Assembly (NCBI GenBank): GCA_951406725.2
Contig: OX597815.1
Coordinates: forward strand, 202,492,001-202,556,000
Length of the DNA: 64,000 nt
Origin: Octopus vulgaris
Taxonomy: Eukaryota
Direction: 5' to 3'
This document shows positions 26,247-40,929 of this stretch, piece after piece. The position numbers and the translations under genes are program-made. How positions within the stretch are numbered: position 1 is the first letter of the stretch; the number at the start of each line of letters is the position of its first letter. The notes beneath the pieces are model-generated. The model did no database searches. It was not told where the DNA came from and saw only the letters and a list, made by a program, of their open reading frames with translations.

Positions 26247-27211
26247 CATACACACACATACATACATACACACACACACACATACACACACACATACATA
26301 CATATATATATATACTGTTTTATATTCATAGTGTTTCTAAGCTTTCATTTACTCTATTTGTCGGGTTTTCTCTTTGGCTAATTTTATTTATAGTTGAATA
26401 TATGTATAAGCCTGGGGCTTTTACTTTGTATATTTTCTTTGTTTGGATTGTTCCATACTCATATTATTAAAGTTCTCTGCAAAACCGCTATTTTGTTTTG
26501 CTAATTTAATTATTGCCTCACGTTTTCGTGTTTCGTCTCTGTATTTTGCCCTCCTATTTATTGTGCTAATATGTGCTTTATAAAGCGAGGCTGTATAGTA
26601 AAACATTTTAAGGTATTATTTATAGAGTCATTGGTTCCCTTGATGTAATTCTTTTGATTTCACTTTCAAACTACGAAAGTAGGAAGCCGGTTTGTGTTGG
26701 AGGGACACGGCTACTACATTTCATTCAAATTACTACACAAATCTAAAAATTCATGAGACAACTGCGATTGTTGTTTTATTACTGAATGCATTATTAAATA
26801 TAGTTTTATCGGTTAGCGTTAGTATGTTTCCTCTTGTTTTTGAGCTTCCTCGTTATGACCGCATTTTGATGTGTAAATGTATAATTTTCTGTTCCGTAAT
26901 GACAGAGTAGATATATAATAAATATTAAGTTATATAGCTTTAAAACATCTACGTTCATATTCTTCTCAGACTTGTGCTAACTACTAGTATTATTAATATA
27001 TTATTATTATTGTTATCATTGTTATTGTTTTTGTCGTGGTTTTTGTAGATGCTGCGGCTGTTGTTTTTGTTGTTATCGTCGTCGTCGTCGTAATCATCAT
27101 CAGCATCATCATCATCATCATCATCACTATTATTAACATCAACATCGTTGTTGTTGCTGTTATTATTATTGATATTAATATTATCATTATTATTAAGTAT
27201 GCATATCTTTA

Positions 27212-29955
27212 TCACGTGCTATCACTGTACCACCGGGCGCAACTCTGTATGCCTTAGGTATGTGCTGTGGTTTGTTGTGATGCTCTTATTTTTACTGTAC
27301 TGAAAGCGTTTTACGTAGGATGAGTGCGGTGCCTAGTAGTGCTATTTTCTGTATGCTGTATATACATGTAAGCCTTGGTGATTTAGTTATGTATTTGTCT
27401 GAATGTTTTCTTATCATACCTAATGCGCCTACTATGATAGGAATTGTTTCTGTTTTTAGATTCCATTTCGAAATCTTTGTATTTTGTCAGTATCTCCGTT
27501 CCTTTTAGAGAAACTAGTCTTCTGTTGGTATTGAAACATCGATTAGAAAGCGCTGTTTTCTTGGTGATCTCTGACAACTAGATGCGGGCTATTAGCCGTA
27601 ATTTTTCTATCTCTGTGCATTGGCATATCCCAGAGTATGGTTCTCTTCTCATTTTCTGCAATCTTTTCTGGCGTGTGATACCATATTTTTTCTGTTGTAA
27701 CTCCATAGTATTTACATAGCTTCCAGGGCATATAGGTCTCAACTCTGCCGTGTTGGGAATATATTCGTTCTTAGCCAGGACTGGGCAGCCAGAGGCCGTA
27801 TGGCTTATTGTTACTTCTCTATCTCCACATATTCTGCAGTTACTTGTATTTCTTTTCATTACATGTTGTTTGGTAATTTCTGGTGGGAAGGGTTTGATCT
27901 TTCACTCTCTGCTTTGAGTCCTGAGCATCTCAGCCATTGTTGGGATTTTGATTTCTATATTTCATTTCTATTTAGTTTAACCCAGATCTTGCCATAAAGG
28001 GGTTTTTCTTGCCATCGTTTTATCATGACCCTTTGCTGTTGCAGTTTTAGTTTGGATTTCAGTAGTTTTACAGCTAGCCTTCTTTCTTCTCATTTTTCAT
28101 AGTTGTCAGATACTAGAACTTCTTTTTTGTATTTGTCAGCTTCCTTAAGACCGAAAACAGTTTTTTGACTTGTTAGTGTTTTGTGGCGATTTATGAGTTT
28201 TCCTTGCTTCTGAAGTAGACATTTCTGTAGTCCAATGGTGGTTATTTTGCATTTTTCTATATCTGGCTTTGATCTAGTTCTCGTATTTCATTTGCTGTAA
28301 CTAGTGTGATGTTGTTACTCTTAACTGGTTTTCCTCTTTGCAATGTTGTTTTGGCACATTTTGCTACGCCAAATTTCATGCTTATTTCTTTGGTAAATCC
28401 ATGTACTGATAGTTAAAATGTTTCTAGCAGTTTATCAGTTGTAGCGTACAGTTTTACATCATCCGTATATAACAGGTGGCTCATTGTTTTGCCTTAACAG
28501 TTGTATCCACAACCAGTTCTGTTTTGCATGACAGATAAAGGTGTCATTGACACGCGCAAAAGGAATGGAAAGAACGTGTCTCCTTGGAACATTCCTCTTC
28601 TAATGGGGATGGTTTTGGTTTTTATGAGTCCCTATTTTTATCAGGAGCTGTAGCACTGCCTGCCATTTATTCATGGAATGTTTTATATATTTTATGATAA
28701 TTCGTACTACCTTGTTCATGGCTAGTGTTTCTAATATCCATGTGTGGGGAATACTATCAAATGCCTTTCGGTAATCGATACAGGCCATACTTAGACCCTT
28801 CTTCTTTCTCCAGCTATCTTCAGTTATGGTTTTATTGTTCAGTAACTGATCTTTACAGCCGTATGAGCCCTTGCAGCATCCTTTCTGCTGTTCTGGAAAC
28901 AGCTTATTTTCTTCAAGATCTTTGTTCATTCTCAGCGATATTATTGCAGTAAAGGCTTTGTATATTGTAGGGAGCTGAGTCATCGGTCTGTAATTTTGTG
29001 GGTTTGGGAATTAGGATATTCGCCTCTTCCTTGAGCCATCCAGGCAATGTCTCTGGCTCTGCTAGTATTTCATTAAATTTCTTATCCAGATTTATATGTT
29101 AGATATTTTGACCAAAAGTCGGTGATCTTGTTGAGCCCGGGTGCTTTCTAGTTGCTTAGATTTTGTAGTGCTTAAGTGACCTCTTCAGTTGTTATTAGGG
29201 GTCCAGAGTTGTTTAGTCACTGTGTTCGTTGTTTTGATAAATCTTTGCTAAGGTTGTTCCTTTGCCGACCATATTTCTTTAGAAAGATTCTCCACTCCTT
29301 CTGCGGTTGGTGCTGTATTAATCTGTATTTTATTTTTACCGTGTTCTTGGTAGAATCTTTTGGGGTTAGTGTCAAACGAAAAGAAACGTTGGCGTTTTCT
29401 CATACCAGCAGAGTCATTGTGCTTCGGTGAAGATATCTTGCTTTAGCTGTTCTTTTACCTCAGGTATAACTTGTTCTGTAATTTTGTTTTTACGTAGTAT
29501 TTGTCTTCTCTTCTTGTTGCTTAGTCGTGTTGACACACTACTAGTTTCTCTACAGATTGCCAGATCTTTTCTCTATTTTTTTTTGCTGAATATCATTTAT
29601 CCACAGGGTTTGTTTGGGTGGTGTGTAGGATTGAAATATATTCCTCACGTGTCCATGTTTATGATTTTATTTCGGGACATGAGGAATTGTGTCCTGCCCT
29701 TTATTTTGATGGTCATCATTTTCGAAGGGTACCAGTCCGTTCATTTCTGGTGTTAAATGGTTTTGCACGTGTAGATTTTCGTACTTTTATGTGTAAAGAA
29801 TTTAATGTACGTACTACCTATTTATTATCAATAGGTTGAATAATACGAGTATTATTTAGACGAGTATTATCAATTAGCTGTACGTAACAGTGTTTCTTCT
29901 GGATCACCTCGAACCTGACAGCAGCTCCAATATTCTTAATGCTTTTCAAAGCCAT
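27212..29955 (-). mobile_element. Older, longer, internally deleted copy of RLE LINE family D
   Basis: The 3' UTR matches 6838-6917. LFPEQQKGCCKGSYGCKDQL..IDYRKAFDSIPHTWILETLA matches the 7251 ORF. The copy appears to extend ~900 bp further 5' (exact 5' boundary uncertain) and is followed by a large (TTA)n array. Confidence 0.9.
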
Positions 29956-29956
29956 A

Positions 29957-30592
<636 letters not shown>

Positions 30593-30639
30593 TTTGCATA
30601 TTCACATAACAGATTAGACTGTTGGAAAAGAAAATATCT

Positions 30640-31385
<746 letters not shown>

Positions 31386-31567
31386 AGACCATCCCCACCA
31401 ACACAACACACACAAACATACACTCGCACACACACAGACGCACACACACAGACGCACACATATAAACGCACCACCCTACTAAACATAAAACACACACATA
31501 CACATACGTATACACACACCACACTGAACTCTAAGACCAATCAATGAAACCCTACACGCAAACACAA

Positions 31568-31598
<31 letters not shown>

Positions 31599-31879
31599 CG
31601 TAGAAACGTGCACAGACACACACATACATATTCATACCATCTTTAACTCTAAGACCAGTCCAAAACTCACTGAACCATGACAGAATAGCCCAGAAACAAA
31701 AAAATAATTTTCATTTCACAATGCTCTCCCCCACCAACCAACCTCCCACACTATTTCTAAAAATAGCAACCATCCTTTAAATACACATACACTAGAGATT
31801 AAGGAAGAAAAGTTTGGTCATTCTCCTAAAATTCTGTATAAATACTTAAATATGATTCTTTCTGTATATATATGCATTT

Positions 31880-32193
31880 TTATGAACTTAAAATAATTAG
31901 GCTTCTCAAAACCTGAAAGAAGAAAACTAATTCGAAGACTACATAAGCCGTCCATCACTGGAAATGTAAAAATCTGCAAAACTTTCCAGGAGTTTATCAT
32001 TGAAATATATATGACCAGGACTAGATATGCAATTATATGCATGGGAATACATACATAAAACAAAACATACAAATATGCACATATACATACATATAAAGAT
32101 ACCCTATTGTTGATGGTGAAATTCCAATGGAGGATCCTTGGATCTAGGTTAGAAAACGGCTGTTTCTCTATTGGCAAGAAATCTTGAAATATA
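31880..32193 (+). mobile_element. 3' fragment of RLE LINE family E ((TACA)n-associated)
   Basis: LGFSKPERRKLIRRL...SITG.VK matches 48650-48740 (-). The terminal module gaaattccaatg..cttggatcta.gttagaaa..ttggcaagaaatcttgaaat matches 47932-48030 and 48355-48450. Confidence 0.8.
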
Positions 32194-33459
32194 CCTGAAC
32201 AATGACATATATACATGCATGAGTACCTGCACACATACATATTAATAAACGAATGAAAATAAAAATGGGGAGTTGTATATGCACTCCTATTAGCATTCAT
32301 TTGTTTCTGCTGCAAGGAACTTAATAATGAATGTGAGGGGGTTATTCTGCAGCTAACATACAATCATCATTGTATGCGCACTTATGCACACCAATTATGA
32401 TATGTACGAGAAAGAGATCTAGGAAGACGGATGCAATACATTTTTCTGATAACATTTTTTTGTCTTCAAATTACTTTTGGGTCGATTTAGTAGTCCAGCA
32501 ATCCACAATTTATATAGTGAATCTCTTTCTACATACCAGTTCGATAAATTATGTTGTTTACGTTATATTATGTTTCTATATATTATATAATACCGTCAAC
32601 AATACTTCTAACTTTCATGCACTTATGAAAATCATTATATATTATATTTATTAACTAGACGCCATTATTGATTCTTGGTTACTACTTGCTTAAATGTTGA
32701 AGTGATATGTCAGAGAGAAAAACGTCTATGCCACAGAGAAATATATTATATAGTATTCTAAGTCTCGACAAAGTATTAAATTTAAATAAACAATGAATAT
32801 TAAGATTAAAATCATCGAAGAAAGTTAATAATTTGAAAGAAAGAAAAATAGTGCAATGCATTAATATTATATTGTTTGCGATCTTTTATATCAGAATATA
32901 TATGTTCCAAATTTCAACGACACAAAGGAATAAATCTTTGATAATCATACAGAAGAATATATTCTATCCAGAGAGAATACGATACTACACTAGACACCCA
33001 GATACTCGTTAATGAATTCTCTATACCTCCCATGTATTTCAAAAGTGTAATCCACTGATGTTATGACTTCGTCATCTATATAAAGTGCATAATATATTAA
33101 TTAAGTGTATGAAGTTTATATACACGTAGAAATATCAATATATGGAAGTAAGTATAAAAATCTTAATGTATTATTTTTTCACATCTTACACTGTGGCCGG
33201 CTAGAATTATTAGACATCATGTGCATAATGATACAGTGTTAACTTCTAAATTTCTCCATACTGGTACAATTATTTGTTTTCTCATTATCTGTGCGCGTTT
33301 TTGCGAGTATGCACGTTCGTTTCGTTATCCCTTAGTTCATGAAAGAGATGTTCTTAGTTGCCTTCCTGTAAAATGATATTGTGGTTAAAATGTTTGGAGA
33401 CGCAATAGGTATGATTGAACGAAAAGTTTAGCTTTAACATACGCAGCTGTCTTCTCTGC

Positions 33460-33745
33460 ACCTAGGAATGAAAACCCAGGTTCAAAATTTCCCCAAGACA
33501 CTTGATGAAGGGTGGAGGGTATATCAGCATTTGTGTTAACAACAAACAAGATGAGGACAAATATCCGTCAAATGTAAATAATGTACATAATGTACAAAAT
33601 AAACAGATGTATTAGTATAACGCTCAGAAATAGAAAAAGTCTTTTACGTTTCGAGCCTACGCTTTTCTACAGAAAAGGACACAGAAAAAAGGAGAAAAAC
33701 AAGGAGAGGAAAAAATGTGTGTGTAATGGCTAACGATCTATCATA
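33460..33745. mobile_element. Two converging Penelope-like terminal fragments with decayed HHR motifs
   Basis: The + strand has acac-TTGATGA-aggg...gtgt with GAAA lost. The - strand has cttt-tCTGTAGA-aaagc-gtag-gctc-GAAA-cGTA-aaag. Confidence 0.5.
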
Positions 33746-33755
33746 TATATATATA

Positions 33756-33819
33756 TGGCGTAGTGGTTAAGAGCGCGGGCTACTAACCCCAAGATTCCGA
33801 GTTCGATTCCAGGCAGTGA

Positions 33820-33910
<91 letters not shown>
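33756..33910 (+). mobile_element. Very short tRNA-derived SINE or tRNA pseudogene with (TAA)n tail
   Basis: A-box tggcgtagtgg and B-box gagttcgattcc; no acceptor stem. Followed directly by ~90 bp of (TAA)n. Confidence 0.75.
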
Positions 33911-33911
<1 letters not shown>

Positions 33912-34139
33912 TATTTATACGCTTAAGCAGACATATACATAAATAACCATCCTAGATTATTGTAATTTTAGGATAATATAACTATGTATCAAATAATATC
34001 TAATAAGCTGACATGTCAAATTTTGTTATTCCGGATTGAAGGAAGCTTTTTACAGTATTCGAACACTTTCTACTAAACACTGCTAGTCACAGCTGACTAC
34101 TTTACAGAATTAAGCCGAGAAGTGAAGTCTTCTGGAAAG

Positions 34140-34520
34140 TTCGCTATGCCGTAAATTAATGCAATAAAATTTTGTGGTAAACTGGGAAAAAGCGGTACAG
34201 AAATTTTTGAAATGCTCCCGACTGCTAATGGATTAACTTGCATGAACGGAACATCGGTTTTTCAGTGGGGCAAAAGGTTTAGGGTGTGTTAATGGGAGAT
34301 AAGAGATAGTTATACGTGTGGGAGGTAGAGAAGCATCAGTATATCAGAGCTGGTTGAGGAAATTCGCAAATTTCCAGATGACGACCATCGTACTCCTATA
34401 TGGACAGTTAGCACACAGATCGGAACATGCAAATAAATTGGGCAAAGTTTATTTCCAGTGTGCTTCGACAAACAGAAGGAAGAACTCGATAGTGACAATA
34501 GGGAGTGGTTGGGATAACCG
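34140..34520 (+). mobile_element. Degenerate mariner transposase remnant (N-terminal HTH region)
   Basis: Manual translation gives AIKFCGKLGKSGTEIFEML.TANG..CMNGTSVFQWGKRFR, then CGR*...ELVEEIRKF.DDDHR, which fits mariner N-termini. This frame is not in the ORF track. Confidence 0.75.
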
Positions 34521-35929
34521 TGATTTCGCATATTCCCTAATCTTAGTGAGAATCACACAGGGCAGTGGTTTTGAAGAAGATGAGGGAGACTTTGGGATGT
34601 GCACTGACACCAGAAAATCCCACTTTAAATGAGATTTAATTTGTACTTCGACATTCAGTGATGTCTTTCCTGAAATAATCTCAAAACATCTGGAATACAC
34701 CTCGTTGATAGGTATACTCTCAGCGCTATCATCAGGAAGGAGATAACTTCACAGCAGCTGCTTTACTTTTTACATAGGGTATTTGGTTTTCTTGCCGTTT
34801 CTTATCGCTTTAGGCAGTACCCTTGGAATCAACCAATAAACAAGTTATAAGTGACGAGCTGCAAGTAAGTTATTATCATATGTCATGGCTGTGTCTAAGC
34901 AGATTTACATAATAATGGCTGTTCTTGTGAATCTAGTGTTGATCTATAGTTTTCTTTTATTACTGAATTGTTGAATGCTTCTCTCGAACGTACATATATG
35001 CAAGTCCGCTTTCATACAAAAGAAAGATAAAGCTGTTGATTTAGAATGCAATATGCTATATGAGAATCTGCAGGAAGGTATTTCTATAGATGGACCCTTT
35101 GTCATACAAAATTGTGAAATGTCTTTAATCGAATAAATTGCGAACTTTGCATTGTAGTTTCCCTAAGTAAACGAAACGTTGAATGACATGGCCATTTCTT
35201 ACGCATCTTAAATGTTATAGCAAAATATGTCTACCCAGTCATTTTGCGCTGTATAGATAGCGAAATATTAACCAAACTTGAATTACTATTGTCATAGCGA
35301 AGCCTATCTAGTTATAACAGGAAATATGTGTACGTTTATCTGCAACAACGGATTTAGTTTACCAGATGCCAAAAGCAATATTTAACATTTATTCTTTGGT
35401 TTCATTCCAACGTTACTTCATAGACACATTCAGGAATGTTTCTTCTGTCATAATATAATTTAATATAATATATTAAACATGTTAGCAAAGATTCGCACTA
35501 ATACATCCGGAAGACAGAAATATGAAGTGTCAAAAGTTTTAGATTCTTTTCATATCCATGTATTTTTTTTTTCTAGTGCAATAATTTCAAAAACCTGAAG
35601 ATATTCTAGCCTTAAGGTTTGCGAATATTGTACATGGAAGGTTTAATAAATGAATTGTTGAAAATATTTCGTTTGTGTAATACCTTTGTTTTATTAACAC
35701 AGGAGGCGGAAATGACTCAGAAAGAAATATTAGATATTAATATCCTTTTTAAAATTTGGTATTTTATTCTTGATGAAAATATATGCAACTGAATATGAAT
35801 TTTAAATCATCTTAAATAGTAAACAGGGGAAAAAAACTGGTGAAAAATTATGCGAAATTTTTGTTAGATATCGAAAATTTAGTTCTACTACAACTAGGTG
35901 AAGTATATCTAGATTACATACATATATAC

Positions 35930-36601
35930 ATACAAAAATATCACAAAAAAACTCTTACTCAGAGTTTCACGTTCCCGTTCGTTGGACAGTTCCGTTTAGA
36001 ATGGAACAATAATCAAGTTATAAGCAAACATATACAAGTAGTTTAATAGATACACGTTTGAAAATGGTTTTGTTTCATTGGTCCTTTCAACTAACAGTCT
36101 TTACAATGACCGGTTTCTTGCAATGAACAAATTACGGTGTAAAATCATCTTATAAAATCGAAGGAAAGCTTATAAAAAAAGAACAGAGCCTGAATATTCA
36201 GAGTAAGTAATTATCTGTAAAATATTAATTAATTAATACATTTAGCAGTATATGATCATGGTATGTTCATATACTGCTAAACGTATTTGTAATCCAACGT
36301 GAAAATTTTTTAAACGGTTATAATTTTAATTTATTGATTGATTAATATTTTACAGATAATTATTTACCCTGGATATTCAAGATCTCTTTACTCTCTTTTA
36401 CTCTTTTACTTGTTTCAGTCATTTGACTGGGGCCATGCTGGAGCACCGCCTTTAGTCGAGCAAATCGACCCCGGAACTTATTCTTTGTAAGCCTAGTACT
36501 TATTCTATCGGGCTCTTTTGCCGAACCGCTAAGTGACAGGGACGTAAACACACCAGCATCGGTTCTCAGGCAATGCTAGGGGGACAAACACAGACACACA
36601 A

Positions 36602-36656
<55 letters not shown>

Positions 36657-37175
36657 CATATATACGACGGGCTTCTTTCAGTTTCCGTCTACCAAATCCA
36701 CTCACAAGGCATTGGTCGGCCCGGGGCTATAGCAGAAGACACTTGCCCAAGATGCCACGCAGTGGGACTGAACCCGGAACCATGTGGTTGGTAAGCAAGC
36801 TACTTACCACACAGCCACTCTGTCCTTCATTATAAGCTATTTTTCATTTAAGGTTTTCTTCGATTTTATAATAAGATGATTTTATACCGAAATTTGTTCA
36901 TTGCATGCAACCGATCATTGTAAAGGCAGTTAGCTGAAAGGACCAATGAAATAAAACCATTTTTAATTATGTATCTATTAAATTACTTGTATATATTTGC
37001 TTATGACCTGATTTTGTTCCATTCTAAACAAAACTGTCGGACGAACGGGTACATGTAACTCTGAGTAACAGTTTCTGTAATATTTTTGCGGCTTTTTAAA
37101 AAAGCATATTACTCTACCGCTGGTATTCAAGTACTATTTTTTCCTCCTTGTTTCGCATTTATGTGCTTACTTTTG
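35930..37175. mobile_element. Long fold-back Penelope-like terminal repeat (~330 bp arms, centre ~36265) with a SINE in the right arm
   Basis: 35945-36260 is the reverse complement of 36270-36382 plus 36821-37085. Decayed HHR motifs lie at 35953-35989 (-) and 37034-37071 (+). The 3' end 37100-37175 matches 20085-20155. Confidence 0.82.
36383..36820 (-). mobile_element. SINE family 2 copy
   Basis: Reverse-complement match to 16049-16449; B-box gggttcagtccc. Confidence 0.93.
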
Positions 37176-37235
37176 TATATATATAAGTCTGTGTGTGTGT
37201 GTAAACATATATATACATATACACACATATATATG

Positions 37236-37269
<34 letters not shown>

Positions 37270-38429
37270 TATAAATATATATTTATATATACACGTATAT
37301 ATGTATGTGTGCGTTTGTGTGTGGGTGTGTGTGTATCTGTATGTACGTGGTTGTTTGATTTGCCATATATTAGTATTCTTTATGGTAGCATTTTAAACAA
37401 GCACAGCGTTTTCAAACCCATATAATCTGAGATTAAAGTAAGAGTAAAGTTTTATTATACATAGATTCATTTATTATACATAGATTCATTAATATTTATC
37501 ATTAGTGCATAATGTGTTATTTTGCGAGAAATAGAGAGGAACATAAACTCCTTAAAATTCGCATATATGCTTAAATTGTTAAATTGTTTCATAACACCAT
37601 TTAAAGTTGCGAAATCACCTGGAGTTATAGGGACAATTGGACAAATGTGTATAAGTGATCTTGTCTTAATCTGCATCTCAGTACAGCAGCTGTCGTATTT
37701 TGTACGCAGCACACCAAACACTTTGTCATAATTATGACCTAATGTAATTTATATATGTCAAGCAAAGTGCGCTGAGACAGCATAGGGTGTCATGGTTATG
37801 GACAATTAGGGTTAATAAATTTGTGTTATAAGATGAAGTATTGATTTATAGAAATTAACAATTCTTTAACAGAAAAATAAACAAGCACCATGCAGTAATT
37901 GAAAGTGATAGCTAATGTGGGGTACAGATCATTCCAAGTCTGAAGAATTTTCAGAAAAAAACATGCCATTAAAGAATAAAAGAGTTTTCTGGAGACATTA
38001 AGAGTGTTGTGGAATTATCCGGGTGACACCTGATGAATCAAATTCATGTGCCGAGTGCGTCATTGAGTCTGCGGACAATCAGATATTTCTCTGATGTGAA
38101 TTTCATAGGAATTTCAGCGACGTCTTGATTATTGAACTCATTTCTTTTTCTCCATTGAGTTTCGGCCCGATTGCCATAATGCGAGTGATTATTCTTCTCT
38201 CATTTGCAATTGGATGAAAGATGACATTTCAGGTTCCTTCAGACAGTTACGACCCAATGTTAAGCAGCTCAAGAATAACGACGACGATTCAATGTTAACA
38301 AAAACATGCAGTTATACTCCTCTAAATGGTCCGATGAAATTTCTTTATGGTTACTGTAAAGACAGTCCAGATTATCCATATAAACACGCACGTTGATGTA
38401 CACACACATGCATACACACGCACACACAT

Positions 38430-38470
<41 letters not shown>

Positions 38471-40739
38471 TCCAAACAAACAAATACAAACGAAATCGAA
38501 GTCAAACTTCTGCAAGAGTGACAAGAACAAAAATCTTCCCATTATGTCGGATATTTCTTCTGATTGTCTTGTCTTCCTTCGGAAAGTTTAATTTGATGTC
38601 TACCACGTAAAACCTTCAGTTCAGTAGCAATGCAATATAAATTTTGTTTCTCGATTGTAGTTTTTTCATGAGAATATGCGGTGATTTTGCCTGATTGAGC
38701 TTGCTGAAAGATATTTCCTCTCTTTTGGGAGGAAAAAGCCGATTTTGATTAGGCATGTGGAATTTAAAATACGCTACGGAAGACTTCATTTCTTTGTCTT
38801 ATTTTTCTTCTGAATGACGATCTCGAAAAATTTGAATGAGATTCAGATGATGTAAGATACTTGCAGTTTCGGATTTGCAGATTTACATTTTCTATGTGTA
38901 ACGGTTACGTCTTTGAATATGTAGTTATATAAATACTTGAAGGCTTTGCTTCATGCGCATCATTGAACATTATGTTTTGAATAAGAAAGCTTTGAAGACA
39001 ACTAAATGCCAATTATTCACATCCATGGCTCTGTTTACAACTTGTGCATTAGTGGTGGATAACAGATGTCACCATTTAACGGCTGTCAACAGAATTCATG
39101 AGAGCAATTCTTGCTGGAACATGCATATAACATGCACGGCAACGTGCATTCCGTTCTCGTCAAGCTCTATTGTTTTGAGAAATAATCATTGCTTCAGTAA
39201 TCAACCGTATAACTCTTTTATCTCTTGGGGGATTCGATCAAATACAAATGTTTCACCTATGTAATTTTTTTTTTTGCAATCTAGCGTTCTCTTATGTTGA
39301 GTGGTGCATAAAGGTGCGAATGCACCTTATTGTAAATATACAGGGCGTCGAAAGCTAGTTTTGACCATAGCAATCAAATGTCACAGTTGGTATAAACTAC
39401 AAATTTTATTATTATAGTCAAATCATATTCATTTCTTTTTGCTGATGAATTGAATCTCTTGTTTCTTAATCGAATTATAATGTGCAAAAGTGGAATTATT
39501 TTAGTATTAGTTATAGGCCTGAGTTGCCTTCTAAATTCTGTAAAAATTTATTGATCTTTCGGCGAATCCATTGTAACTAATAGACCTCAATCCTATGTTG
39601 TTGTTTTTTATATCACTTTTGTGTTTAGTTTCCATTTTGTCTTCTGTTCTAGCGAGATGAAATGTAGAATGAGGCACAGTTATAGCCATCACTGTTTTAG
39701 TTTACTTTACCTTAACTTGCGAAAAGCAAAAAGAAGGTACATTGGTTATGCAAGTTAATGACTTGGCATTTCCGCTGATTTAGTGTATGACTGTAAGAAT
39801 ATTTAATATTATTACGATTCTTTCTGCGAGTGGAACTTAAGTGAAAAAAATTCTTATATTTAGGTAGTTTATTTCTTCTAAAATGATATATACTCTACTG
39901 TGTATTTTATTATACGATTATCAGTTTGTGTGGTTAATTTTATATGTAAATATATGTATAATTTTGCTTTTGTATCTGAGATTCGGTGGCTTTTGTGAAT
40001 TTTCCCTTCGCCGTTATGTATTGCGAGAAATACATATTCGCTGTTGGAAAGTAAAATACAAATTTAAATGTAATATCGTATATCTCTAACGCACTGAAAT
40101 TCAACACTTGTGTATGAAAATTTCAGGCTGTAGCTCCTGTGCCGAAATATCAAGCAGTATAACAAGAGGTTGAAGAAGACCCAAACAGTTCCAGATCAAG
40201 ATGTACTCGAATTTATAGGAGTGAATTCAGGAAAGTTATTCTTTCAAACGAACTACAAGTGTCTGATATACAGCTACAAACGTATATACGTAAAGAGGAA
40301 GGTAAAAAAAAATATGCTCACATATTAAACGTTGCAATTCAGATTCTCTATCATTGAAATATAAATGTAATCTGAATTGCAGAGATTTAGTGAATCAACA
40401 TATTTTGGTTTGTGTTCCATTTTACATGCACATACACCCCCGCAAAAACACACGTGCACATATATGTATGCATGTGTATATATATATGTGTGTGTATCTA
40501 TGTATCTGTGTATGTGGGCATGTATGTATGTATATATAAGTATATGTGTAGTCCTATATATACCTATATGTGCGTATATATATATGTCTGTGTGTGTGTG
40601 CATGTGTGTGCACATATCCAATGAAGAGAAGACAGAACGAATTCTTTATCAGATTTTTAACTATAAGTTATAAATATTTCCTTACCATTTCAATTTGCAA
40701 CGCCAGGTTTCGTGAAAATTCTAAAAGAGAAATCACATA

Positions 40740-40810
40740 ATGGCGGTGCCCCAGCATGGCCACAGCTCGTGAGCTGAAACTAGATAAAATAAAAAAATAA
40801 AAAATAATAA
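40740..40810 (+). mobile_element. ~45 bp 3' stub of the CR1/L2-like LINE with A-rich tail
   Basis: atggcggtgccccagcatggccacagctcgtgagctgaaactaga differs by one base from 1186-1230 (-). Confidence 0.88.
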
Positions 40811-40929
40811 TTACGGTTTCAAACATTGTTTGTAGGAGACTATCGCATAGAAATAAAAAGAAAAATGTTTAGTTAATGCACAGGGAACGGAAAATGAACA
40901 TAGAATGGCAAGTTGAAAAAAATATAACT

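Noticed and set aside
26633-26706. Possible hammerhead (ccct-TGATG...cGAAA...aggg)
   Set aside because: The core is incomplete and there is no convincing stem II, stem III or cleavage triplet.
33756-33822. Functional tRNA gene
   Set aside because: No acceptor stem, only a 3-bp anticodon stem, and a direct (TAA)n tail.
36237-36286. Pre-miRNA-like hairpin
   Set aside because: Explained as the centre of the larger fold-back repeat; no independent evidence for a miRNA.
37451-37490. ~20-bp tandem duplication tttattatacatagattca
   Set aside because: An ordinary local slippage duplication with no further structure.
38953-39264. 103-aa ORF or hAT-like remnant
   Set aside because: No recognisable domain or terminal repeats could be supported.
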